A DNA stretch of 64,000 bases. Origin: Planctomycetota bacterium. Lineage in GTDB: Bacteria; Planctomycetota; GCA-002687715; CAIWVZ01. The notes under the pieces were generated by a model. That model did no database searches, was not told the DNA's origin, and saw nothing but the letters and a program-made list of their open reading frames with translations. Location of the stretch: NCBI GenBank assembly GCA_044222185.1, contig JBGANV010000001.1, forward strand, positions 1,760,001-1,824,000, in the 5' to 3' direction. Positions 1-8,165 of the stretch are shown piece after piece. The translations under genes and the position numbers were made by a program. How positions within the stretch are numbered: position 1 is the first letter of the stretch; the number at the start of each line of letters is the position of its first letter.

Positions 1-126
1 CGCGCTGCGGATCGCGTACCTTTCGTCGTCGAGCACGGGCCCGGCCTGATCACCGGCTCCGGGGCGCGTCTCCCGGCGCGCCCACGCTCGGCTACATCCC
101 GGGAGCCGTCGAACCGGGAGACGGCC

Positions 127-1017
127 ATGTCGGAGGAAGAGGACCGCGTCGAGAGGCTTCGCGCGAAGATGAAGGCTTGGGTCGAGGAACACGCGCTGCG
201 ACGAGTCTTCGGTGAGAGCTTCCAGTCGCTTCCTCCAGAGTCTCGCGCCCTCTTTGAGGGCCTCCTGAACGACTTTCGAAGCATCGTCACCGCGCGGCGT
301 ACCGCCATCGAGACCCTGCTCGATCGTTGGCGCAAGATGCCTGAGGAGAGTTACCGCGGCGATCTCGGGCTTGAGTCGTTCTGCACGTCCGTCCGCATGA
401 TCCGCGACGAAGCCGACTGGTACTCGCGCCTAAAGTGGATACCAGACTGCGACGAGTATTGGTCGTACTCCGGGAGCCTGATGCACCTTTGGGCTGGGAC
501 TGTTCACGTCGCGCGCTTCCTCGGATTGACCGACACACCGTTTGCGAAGGCCAACACGCTGGAACGGATGCGATTCGATCCACGCGTGCCGGGAACCATC
601 CACGACATGCTTGCCAACGATCTGGCGATAAGGCGGTGGTTTGACGGAATCGAGGAGTATCTCCCGAAGCTCCGCTCGGGGCTCGGCAAGGCACGGGTCA
701 TCACCATCTCAAAGTTCATCGCTGGAGTCCAATCCCTCATCTCGAAGCTTGAGCGCGCCCAATTTGCCCGGGGTTTTCGGAGGGCAGCGAAACTGGAGGC
801 ACCGAGGTATGCAGCGCCAGCTGGATGCGGTGCACACTCCAGGTACCTACTCGACCGATTGATCGAGCTTTCGAAGCGTCAGAATCTGGACGTGCCTGCA
901 TTCGTCGTGGGCAAGTTGATCGAACTCGCGGAGGCGGACGTGCCACCGGCGTGGCCGAAGGCCCGCGGCACGACGAAAGGCACGAGCAAGCGGTCCAAGA
1001 AGCGGTCGAAGCGGTAG
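127..1017 (+). CDS. hypothetical protein (296 aa), helical-looking, basic C-terminal tail
   Basis: Long ORF with GGGAG at 116-120 before the ATG; ends KGTSKRSKKRSKR; no recognised motif. Confidence 0.7.
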   Translation: MSEEEDRVERLRAKMKAWVEEHALRRVFGESFQSLPPESRALFEGLLNDFRSIVTARRTAIETLLDRWRKMPEESYRGDLGLESFCTSVRMIRDEADWYSRLKWIPDCDEYWSYSGSLMHLWAGTVHVARFLGLTDTPFAKANTLERMRFDPRVPGTIHDMLANDLAIRRWFDGIEEYLPKLRSGLGKARVITISKFIAGVQSLISKLERAQFARGFRRAAKLEAPRYAAPAGCGAHSRYLLDRLIELSKRQNLDVPAFVVGKLIELAEADVPPAWPKARGTTKGTSKRSKKRSKR

Positions 1018-1061
1018 GCGTTCGCTTCCGCGCTCCCTGGTTCTCATGCCAGGTTGCGCGC

Positions 1062-1259
1062 ATGAAACGCACCGATCCGCTCGACGGCTTCATGACTCCG
1101 GAAGCCTTTGCCAAAGCCGTAGGAGTTCCGACCTCGAACGTTCGCCGTTGGATATGCAATGGAGAGCTGCCCGCCCTCAAAGTCGGTCGGCTGCTCGTGA
1201 TCCCGGAGAACGCGCTTCAGCTCGCGCTTGAGGACGCTCGGCGTCCAGGAGGGCGATGA
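1062..1259 (+). CDS. excisionase-like HTH_17 DNA-binding protein
   Basis: FMTPEAFAKAVGVPTSNVRRWICNGELPALKVGRLLVIP matches the Xis/MerR-like HTH pattern. ATG 1062 is in frame with track ORF 825..1259; ATGA overlap with next gene. Confidence 0.8.
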   Translation: MKRTDPLDGFMTPEAFAKAVGVPTSNVRRWICNGELPALKVGRLLVIPENALQLALEDARRPGGR

Positions 1260-1594
1260 TGACCGCCCCGCTCGTCTCACTCCTGGGCCCCGAGGACATC
1301 CGCGCCATCTGCCGTGAGCAGGCAGACGCAGAACGCCCCCTCCTTGCGAGAGCCGTCGTCGATTTGCTCCGCGCCGAGTTGGATCGCGATGAAGACGACG
1401 ATCCGCCGCCCGGCGATGCGGGTCTGATCCCAATCCGCGAGGTCGCGCGGCGGACCGGACTCCATCCTCGGTCGATCCGGAGGGCGATCTTGTCGGACGA
1501 CTTCCCTCCGGGGATCCCGCTCGGCCGCAACGGTCGCGGGCTGCGGTGGCGCCCCTCGGACGTCGCCGCCTTCATCGCGAGTCGGCAGCCATGA
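1256..1594 (+). CDS. AlpA-family HTH regulator/excisionase
   Basis: C-terminal IREVARRTGLHPRSIRRAILSDDFPPGIPLG...RWRPSDVAAFI is AlpA-like; ATGA-coupled on both sides. Confidence 0.8.
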   Translation: MMTAPLVSLLGPEDIRAICREQADAERPLLARAVVDLLRAELDRDEDDDPPPGDAGLIPIREVARRTGLHPRSIRRAILSDDFPPGIPLGRNGRGLRWRPSDVAAFIASRQP

Positions 1595-2502
1595 TCGCCT
1601 TCGCTGACCGAGTCGCGGAGCTGGCGCTTTCCGGCGCAGACGTCCTGAGCCTTCATGCGGTCGAGGCGCACCGAGCAGGCCCGAACCACGCCCTGATCCT
1701 GTGCCCCATCCACGACGAGTCTCGGCCGTCTTGCTCCGTCCGGTTGGCGACCGGGCAGGCGCGATGCCACGCATGCGGGTTTCGCGCGAGGGACGTCGTC
1801 TCCCTTCACCGAGCCCTTGGAAGATTCGCGTCGATGGGAGATGCGCTGCGCGACCTCCGCGCCCGCTCCGGCGCCTCGATACCTCGGCTCCAGCTTCGCC
1901 CCTCCGTGTATTCATCAGCGCGCTCGCCCGGCGCGCCGATCGGACAGCCCGAGATCGTGAAGACATGGAGGTACGACCGGGCTGACGGGTCCATCGCGTT
2001 CGAGGTGCGGCGGATCCAGTTCCGCCTCTCGGACGGGACGTGGGAGATCGATCCCGGCAAGGGCAAGCTCCGGAAGTCTTACCGGCCGTTTGATCCGGTC
2101 GCGAGAACGCTCGGAATGCCCCCCGGGTTCGATCGACCCGGCTCCCGGCCGCTGTTCGGACTGTCTGCAATCTTCTCCGCCGATCCAGCGATCGAGATCA
2201 TCATCACCGAGGGGGAGCCGGCAGCGGATGCCGTGGCATCGATGGGGAGCATGGCCACGACGTCGAGCGGGGGCGCCGCATCGCCCGACCGGACAGATTG
2301 GTCGCCGCTCGCGGGTCGCGACGTCCTGGTCTGGCCCGACAACGACGAGGCTGGCCAGCGGTACGCGCGGTCTGTTACCGCCCTGCTCGGCGCACTCTCC
2401 CCCGCGCCTCGCGTCCGATGGGTCGACGTGGCGCAACTCGGATTGCCGGTGGGCGGGGATGCGGTTGATTGGGTCGCCCGCCAGAAGCGGAGCGCACCGT
2501 GA
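1591..2502 (+). CDS. primase: CHC2 zinc finger + TOPRIM domain
   Basis: CPIHDE...CHACG zinc finger; TOPRIM motifs ITEGE and WPDNDEAG; ATG 1591 overlaps upstream stop. Confidence 0.88.
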   Translation: MIAFADRVAELALSGADVLSLHAVEAHRAGPNHALILCPIHDESRPSCSVRLATGQARCHACGFRARDVVSLHRALGRFASMGDALRDLRARSGASIPRLQLRPSVYSSARSPGAPIGQPEIVKTWRYDRADGSIAFEVRRIQFRLSDGTWEIDPGKGKLRKSYRPFDPVARTLGMPPGFDRPGSRPLFGLSAIFSADPAIEIIITEGEPAADAVASMGSMATTSSGGAASPDRTDWSPLAGRDVLVWPDNDEAGQRYARSVTALLGALSPAPRVRWVDVAQLGLPVGGDAVDWVARQKRSAP

Positions 2503-4121
2503 GCGACGAGCGACCTTCGATCGCTTTCAACGCTTCTATCGCGGGCGCACTCCCAACGTGCGAGCCGCCATCGGTCGCGGGCGCGGAGTCCGAAGATCGT
2601 CTCGACCTTCCTGCGCGGCCGGCTCCGTTGGGATCGGCGGCGCTTCACGGTCTCGTCGGGGACGTCGTCCGCATGATCGAGCCGCACTCCGAATCAGACC
2701 CGGCGGCGATCCTGTTCCAGTTCCTCGCGGCCTTTGGAAACGTGGTCGGCCGACGGCCCCACCGTCAAGTCGAGGCCGCGCGCCACACCGCCAACGTCTA
2801 CGTCGTCCTCGTGGGCAGCACGTCGAAGGGCCGGAAGGGAACGGCGTGGGGCCGCGTGCTCCAGCTCTTCGAGACGGTCAACGAATCGTGGATCGAGAAT
2901 GCCGTCGTGGACGGTCTGGGAAGCGGCGAGGGATTGATCGCAGCCGTCCGCGACCCCAGGGAAAAGAAGGAAGCGGTTCGGGTCGATGGCAAGGTCGTCG
3001 ACTACCAGTCCGTGATCGAGGACCACGGAGTCAGCGACAAGCGGCGCATCGTCGCGGCCACGGAGTTCTCGTCGGTGCTGAGAGTCGCGACGCGTGAAGG
3101 GAACACTCTCTCCGCAGTCCTGCGGAACGCTTGGGATACCGGCGACCTGCGAATCCTCATCAAGAACAACCCGATGATCGCCAGCGACGCGCACATAAGC
3201 GTCGTCGGACACATCACACGGCAGGAGCTTCTATCGCAGCTCAAGGACGTCGAGGCCGCGAACGGTTTCGGAAACAGGTTTCTCTGGGTGTGGTGCCGGC
3301 GCTCGAAGGAGCTTCCCAATGGAGGGTCGATCGACGAGTCGCTGTTCCGAGAGACGACCGCCCGAATCCGAGATGCCGTCGATGCCGCTCGGGAGACAGG
3401 CGCCCTCGATTGGACGCCCGACGCCTCGCGACGGTGGTGCGAGTGCTACAGCGCCCTCTCGGCGGAGAGACCCGGGCTCCTCGGCGCGATCCTGGCGCGC
3501 TCGGAGGCTCAGGTGGTCCGCCTTGCGTTGATCTACGCGCTCCTCGATCGCTCCCAGGTCATCGGAATCGAGCACCTCGAAGCCGCGTTCGCCGTCTGGA
3601 AGTACGCGGAGAGTTCGGCGCGTTACATCTTCGGGGACAAGCTCGGGAACGCTGCCGCCGACAAGATCCTCGCGGCCCTTCGCGGCCGGCCCGAGGGCAT
3701 GACGCGAACGGAGATCAACGCTCTATTCCAGAACCATCGGGCGGGCGACGTCAGGGAAGCGCTGCGGATCCTCGTCGAGTCGAATCTTGTGGAGGCGAAG
3801 GACGTCCCGACGGGCGGGCGGCCAGCCCAACGGTGGTTCGCACTCGGTACCCCTGCGATAGAAGCTACGAAAGCTATCGAAGGGAGGGATCTTTCATCGC
3901 TTCCGTCGCTTTCATCGCAAGCGCGTGCCATGCAACCGGCCGTCGAGCTGGCGAACGGCGAGTACGAAAGCACGCGATCGGGAGCGGAGCGGCCAGCGGA
4001 ACATGACGGCGTTCTCTCGTGCGAGCGGCTTCGGGAGGAAGCGGACGAGCGAGCCGCGATCCAGGCCGCGGATGGTTGCCTCAAGGCCACGTCCGACGCG
4101 TTCGAGGGCGGGCCGTGGTGA
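2499..4121 (+). CDS. DUF3987/YfjI-like P-loop replication protein (putative helicase) with C-terminal winged-helix-like region
   Basis: Walker-A-like VLVGSTSKGRKGT, Walker-B-like IVAATEF, LRNAWD and GFGNRFL motifs; GTGA overlap with primase stop. Confidence 0.8.
   Translation: MSDERPSIAFNASIAGALPTCEPPSVAGAESEDRLDLPARPAPLGSAALHGLVGDVVRMIEPHSESDPAAILFQFLAAFGNVVGRRPHRQVEAARHTANVYVVLVGSTSKGRKGTAWGRVLQLFETVNESWIENAVVDGLGSGEGLIAAVRDPREKKEAVRVDGKVVDYQSVIEDHGVSDKRRIVAATEFSSVLRVATREGNTLSAVLRNAWDTGDLRILIKNNPMIASDAHISVVGHITRQELLSQLKDVEAANGFGNRFLWVWCRRSKELPNGGSIDESLFRETTARIRDAVDAARETGALDWTPDASRRWCECYSALSAERPGLLGAILARSEAQVVRLALIYALLDRSQVIGIEHLEAAFAVWKYAESSARYIFGDKLGNAAADKILAALRGRPEGMTRTEINALFQNHRAGDVREALRILVESNLVEAKDVPTGGRPAQRWFALGTPAIEATKAIEGRDLSSLPSLSSQARAMQPAVELANGEYESTRSGAERPAEHDGVLSCERLREEADERAAIQAADGCLKATSDAFEGGPW
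3855..3918. repeat. converging 3+3 array of 9-bp repeats (candidate replication origin)
   Basis: GCGATAGAA-GCTACGAAA-GCTATCGAA (3855-3881), 10-bp spacer, then TTTCATCGC-TTCCGTCGC-TTTCATCGC (3892-3918), which are reverse complements of the same GC(G/T)A(T/C)nnAA unit. Confidence 0.8.
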
Positions 4122-4318
4122 ACCGCGATCCTCGTCGAATGACGCTCGGGCTACCTTGGCGCGCTTTGCAGCGGCACTCGCTCACCGTTCGATTGCTTCG
4201 GGAGCGGTCTCGCACCACGAGGCTCGACGCAGATTCGATTCTTGCGTCGGTTCGCGTCGCTCGCAGTCAGATCGTGGGAAGCAACACGTGACGCTCTCGC
4301 AGATGAAAAGGAGGACAA

Positions 4319-4828
4319 ATGGACAGTGCACTTCCCCAAGTTTCGATCGAAAAACGTGACGATGGAGGCGAAAACGGCTCCGATTCCGTCCGATTGAGTC
4401 CGAAACAAGTCGCCGTTCTGGCGGCGATTCTCGCCGGTGCGTCCCTGGCGGGAGCGGCGAAGGCGGCGAGCCTGCATCCCGAAACTGTCCGAAGATGGCG
4501 GCGCGAGGATGGCCCGTTCCGCGACGCCCTGGCCGCTGGCATCCGTGCAATCCACGTCCACGTCAACGCTCGCATCGTGGGACTCGTCGATCGCGCGCTC
4601 GATTCCCTCGTGGACGTCCTGGAGGAAGCGCCGGACAGCCGGAGCCGCGTCCTCGCGGCGCAGACGATCCTGCAACTGGCCGGAGATCGACTCCGTCCTC
4701 GTGACGCAGACGTCCAGCACGCGTACTTGCAGAATCCGAAGGTCGAGCCGCTCATGGCGTTCGACGTCAACGCGGCGCGGGAACACTGGCTGATCCCGGC
4801 GGAGGAAGAGGGCGAGGCTGGGAAATGA
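4319..4828 (+). CDS. phage-type HTH protein (possibly small-terminase-like)
   Basis: LSPKQVAVLAAILAGASLAGAAKAASLHPETVRRWRRE HTH followed by helical region; GAGGA RBS upstream. Confidence 0.7.
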   Translation: MDSALPQVSIEKRDDGGENGSDSVRLSPKQVAVLAAILAGASLAGAAKAASLHPETVRRWRREDGPFRDALAAGIRAIHVHVNARIVGLVDRALDSLVDVLEEAPDSRSRVLAAQTILQLAGDRLRPRDADVQHAYLQNPKVEPLMAFDVNAAREHWLIPAEEEGEAGK

Positions 4829-4948
4829 CGCGGTTTACTTACCTCCGTCTTCGCCTCGATCTTCCCTGGCGTCGTGTCTGCTTCTGTCACGAGACACTTG
4901 ACGTGGCGTCGCTCCGCGCTCTACATTCGGTGAGTCAGGAGCAGACAC

Positions 4949-5668
4949 ATGGCGACACGAGCAGTCGGCTACGTCAGAGTCAGCACGGAAGAGCAGGCGT
5001 CCGAGGGAGTCTCGCTCGCGGCACAACGGGACAGAATTACCCTCTACGCGAAGCTCAACGAACTCGACCTCGTCGCGATCGAGTCCGACGAGGGGCTGTC
5101 CGGGAAGCGAGCCGACAACCGTCCAGGGCTACAGGCGGCACTACGACGGCTCAGGATCGGCGACGCGACGGCGCTCGTCGTCGTGAAGCTGGACAGGTTG
5201 AGCCGCTCGACGCGGGACGTCCTGGACCTCGCGGACGGGTCGGGGCGGGAGGGCTGGAGCCTGCACTCCATCTCCGAGAAGCTCGACACCTCCACGGCAT
5301 CGGGGCGCTTCGTGCTGACGATCATGGCAGCGCTGGCGCAGATGGAGCGCGAGCAGATCGGCGAAAGGACATCGGCCGCGATGTCCCACATGAAGGCTCA
5401 GAGGCTCCGCGTCGGCTCCGTGCCGTTCGGATTCGACCTCGATGGAGATGGCCGGACCTTGCGGCCGAACGCCGTGGAGCTGGCGACGATCGACAAGATG
5501 CGGGCCATGCGGCAGACTGGCACGACGCTCCGCGAGATTGCAGCACGGCTCAATGCAGACGGCGTGCGACCGAAGCGAGCCGCGAGATGGTCGCCGGAGA
5601 CCATCCGGGCCTTGATCGCCTCGACGCACACGACGAACACGGTTTGTCAGGAGGGGACCCCTTGCTGA
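4949..5668 (+). CDS. serine recombinase (resolvase catalytic domain + short recombinase-type DNA-binding region)
   Basis: VGYVRVSTEEQ (catalytic Ser), KLDRLSRS, AQMEREQIGERT, PFGF; AGGAG RBS. Confidence 0.92.
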   Translation: MATRAVGYVRVSTEEQASEGVSLAAQRDRITLYAKLNELDLVAIESDEGLSGKRADNRPGLQAALRRLRIGDATALVVVKLDRLSRSTRDVLDLADGSGREGWSLHSISEKLDTSTASGRFVLTIMAALAQMEREQIGERTSAAMSHMKAQRLRVGSVPFGFDLDGDGRTLRPNAVELATIDKMRAMRQTGTTLREIAARLNADGVRPKRAARWSPETIRALIASTHTTNTVCQEGTPC

Positions 5669-5684
5669 CAGGAATGGGCAAGAA

Positions 5685-6062
5685 GTGGCGGCAGAATGGA
5701 TCCCGATCGCTGCGGCAGCACGAACACTCCGCGTTGGACGCTCGACGGTCGCGACGTGGCTGTCTTCACTTCCTCAGGCCGACGTGCGGAGAGATGGCGT
5801 GCGATGGTTCCTCCGTGCGAGCCTCGTGGACCGGCTCAGGAAGGACCAGGACGCGAGGCGGGCTGTCGCGGAGAAGAGCTACAGCGTTCGGAACCGTGAG
5901 CTGGCGAGCCTGCGAATCGAAGTGGACGAGCTGCGACGTGCCGTCGAATGGCTGGGCTCACGAGCTGGCGGGTTCCCGCAGGACGTCGCTCCGAAGCATC
6001 GCGCTGCCCCGCCCACGGGGGTACGGCTTCGGGGGGGCCGCCCCCGTCGTGCCCGCGGGTGA
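5685..6062 (+). CDS. small HTH + coiled-coil protein
   Basis: WIPIAAAARTLRVGRSTVATWL HTH-like, then ELASLRIEVDELRRAVEWL coiled coil; GTG start uncertain. Confidence 0.55.
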   Translation: MAAEWIPIAAAARTLRVGRSTVATWLSSLPQADVRRDGVRWFLRASLVDRLRKDQDARRAVAEKSYSVRNRELASLRIEVDELRRAVEWLGSRAGGFPQDVAPKHRAAPPTGVRLRGGRPRRARG

Positions 6063-6198
6063 GGGTACTTACCTGCTCATCTTCGTCGACACCGTGTTCG
6101 AGATGCCCCCAGGGTATACCCCCGAAGGGGGGACCGGCCCGCTCGCCAGTCCGCTGGAGACTAGTCACCTTGTCTCTGCGCCCTCGCTTCGCGCCATC

Positions 6199-6651
6199 TC
6201 ACACGTCGCCGAGGCCGAGGGTCCAGCCGCCAAGACGAAGCGACGGGGGGTTGTTGCCGAACGTCGAGCAAATGATGGTCAACGTGCTACCCGGCCTGAC
6301 GAGGATAGGTGGATCGAACTCGGTGCCGTCGAACCGCGCGACGGGCACGCCGTCGACGATGATCTGGCCGCTGCTACCTGCGAAGTTCACAGCCTGCGAG
6401 ATCGCGATGCCGGACGTTGGGGGAAACGGGAGCGTGATTTCGAACGCGGATTGCCCCGGGATCGGCGAAAACGCAGTCGACGGGAGCGCTACCTGAAACG
6501 ATCGATTCAGCGGCAGGTCCGCGAGCTTGATCGAGCCGACCTGTTGTCGATTAGGTGGCGCGGCTGCGGCGGCGTGGCCCGACCAGTACGCGAACGACGT
6601 CAACGCAAACAGCACGTTCGCGGCACCCACACCAGCAAGAAAGCCTTTCAT
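6199..6651 (-). CDS. small exported beta-rich hypothetical protein (cargo)
   Basis: ATG 6651 preceded by AGGAG; N-terminal MKGFLAGVGAANVLFALTSFAYW hydrophobic signal/anchor. Confidence 0.7.
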   Translation of the reverse strand: MKGFLAGVGAANVLFALTSFAYWSGHAAAAAPPNRQQVGSIKLADLPLNRSFQVALPSTAFSPIPGQSAFEITLPFPPTSGIAISQAVNFAGSSGQIIVDGVPVARFDGTEFDPPILVRPGSTLTIICSTFGNNPPSLRLGGWTLGLGDV

Positions 6652-6716
6652 CGTGGAACTCCTTTGGCTGAAGATCGTACACCCGAACTGCACGAAGGAA
6701 GCGAACGGAGCGTGAC

Positions 6717-8141
6717 ATGAGCGGACGGCAAAAGGGACGCGGCCGAGGACGGCTCATTCGGCAGAAGGGCGCGGACGGACGCCACGTCTACCTCGGGGAC
6801 TGGATCGGCGCCGATGGCAAGCGACACCGTAGGTCGCTGTCGTCGGACAAGCTGGTAGCGGAGCGGATGCTCGCGAAGCTGATTCGAGAACGGGATCTCG
6901 CTGCATCCGGCCTCATCGTCGAGGAGGGCATGGAGCGGCGTCTCGTGGACCTGACGACGGCATACGTCGCGGATCTCCGGGCGATCCGCACGGAGTCCTA
7001 CGCCGATCGCGTGGAGGCGGACCTGCGGCACCTGAGCGATTACCTCGGCAACGTGAAGATCCGGGAGGTGGTCCCCGAGCGAATGCTCGAACGCCGACGG
7101 AAGCGCATCACGGAGGGCGCGAGTCACGCGACGATCAACCTCGAAGTCGGCTCGTTACGCGGCTGCTTCAACTGGGCGATTCGGAGCGGGCTCCTGGGGG
7201 TCAATCCTCTGGCTCACGTCAAGCCGCTGTCACTGACGGAAGCGGACCAAGCTCGGCCCCGTCGAGCGCTCTCGGAGGAAGAGGTATCAGCATTCCTACG
7301 CGCCGCGATCGATCTTGACGTCGAACGTCACGAGTACGTCCTCGCGCTCCGCACCATCGCGAGCAAGCAACGAGGCGCCGCGTACGCCGCTCAGGACCGG
7401 CTCCCTCCAATCCCGCAGGCCGTCCTGTGGCAGACGATCCTGGCGACAGGCATGCGATGGGGAGAGACCGCCGCGCTGACCTGGGGCGACTTCGATCCCG
7501 ACCGACGGAGCATGCTCATCCGGGCAGCCACGACGAAGGGAAAGCGCTCGCGCATGGTTCCCGTCCCCTCCTACCTCATCGTCGAGCTGGCGACGCTTCG
7601 ATCAGCGCACGAGCGTCGTCTCGCGCGCGCTCCCTGGCCCGCGGACTTCATCTTCCTGACGCCGTTCGGAAAGCCGTGGACAGACACCGGCTGCCATTAC
7701 CGGCTCGACCTCTTCAACGCGACGCTGGCGCGTGCGGAGATCGAGAAGGTGGACGAGCTGGGCCGATCGGTGGACGTGCACGCGTTGAGGCGCACGGCGA
7801 ACACGAGGCTGCTCCGTCACGGCGTTCCAATCATGACGGCGGCGACAATCCTCGGTCACCAGGATCCGAAGATCACGGCGAAACACTACACCGAGTTGCA
7901 TCTCGCGGACACGCTCGCCGCGGTCGCCTCGGTCCCTCCGGCCGCCGCGTCCGAGCCATCGAACACGGGCAAAGTCGCAGTCGAAGCTGGCAGTATTCTG
8001 GCAATCCGAAGAGGCGGTGGCGGATCCCGCAACAACCAACTTCCGCGCAACGTGTGCGCGCGCCACGACTTGAACGAGATGGGAGCGCCGGGGGTCGAAC
8101 CCGGGACCTACGGATTAAAAATCCGGTGCTCTACCGACTGA
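6717..8141 (+). CDS. tyrosine recombinase/integrase
   Basis: Catalytic set visible: TGMRWGE (R), TTKGK (K), VHALRRT (HxxR), LGHQD (H), AKHY (Y). Stop codon lies within the antisense of the tRNA. Confidence 0.95.
   Translation: MSGRQKGRGRGRLIRQKGADGRHVYLGDWIGADGKRHRRSLSSDKLVAERMLAKLIRERDLAASGLIVEEGMERRLVDLTTAYVADLRAIRTESYADRVEADLRHLSDYLGNVKIREVVPERMLERRRKRITEGASHATINLEVGSLRGCFNWAIRSGLLGVNPLAHVKPLSLTEADQARPRRALSEEEVSAFLRAAIDLDVERHEYVLALRTIASKQRGAAYAAQDRLPPIPQAVLWQTILATGMRWGETAALTWGDFDPDRRSMLIRAATTKGKRSRMVPVPSYLIVELATLRSAHERRLARAPWPADFIFLTPFGKPWTDTGCHYRLDLFNATLARAEIEKVDELGRSVDVHALRRTANTRLLRHGVPIMTAATILGHQDPKITAKHYTELHLADTLAAVASVPPAAASEPSNTGKVAVEAGSILAIRRGGGGSRNNQLPRNVCARHDLNEMGAPGVEPGTYGLKIRCSTD
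7987..8005 (+). repeat. direct repeat CTGGCA(G/A)T, candidate integrase arm-type sites
   Basis: CTGGCAGT 7987-7994 and CTGGCAAT 7998-8005, 11 bp apart, about 75 bp from the tRNA 3' end. Confidence 0.35.
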
Positions 8142-8152
8142 GCTACGCTCCC
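8080..8152 (-). tRNA. tRNA-Lys(UUU), CCA not encoded
   Basis: Reverse complement folds as a cloverleaf: GGGAGCG/CGCTCCC acceptor, GCTC-AGTCGGTA-GAGC D arm, CCGGA-TTTTTAA-TCCGT anticodon arm, CCGGG-TTCGACC-CCCGG T arm. Confidence 0.96.
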
Positions 8153-8165
8153 GCTGAGCGGGCGC

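Larger units (their letters stand above)
1..8152. mobile_element. tRNA-Lys-integrated, phage-satellite-like element (left end not identified, probably outside the window)
   Basis: Tyrosine integrase abutting a tRNA 3' end, plus xis/AlpA-like HTHs, primase, DUF3987-type ATPase and serine recombinase. No capsid, tail or conjugation genes seen. Confidence 0.85.

Noticed and set aside
101-119. GGGAGCCGTCGAACCGGGA resembles the tRNA 3' end (GGGAGCGCCGGGGGTCGAACCCGGGA), a possible distal att
   Set aside because: Needs two gaps, is short in GC-rich DNA, overlaps an RBS and has no nearby arm-like repeats. Not accepted without an empty-site comparison.
4825-6720. 631-aa + strand ORF spanning the serine recombinase region
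   Set aside because: Arg-rich, motif-free shadow frame overlapping three better-supported genes.
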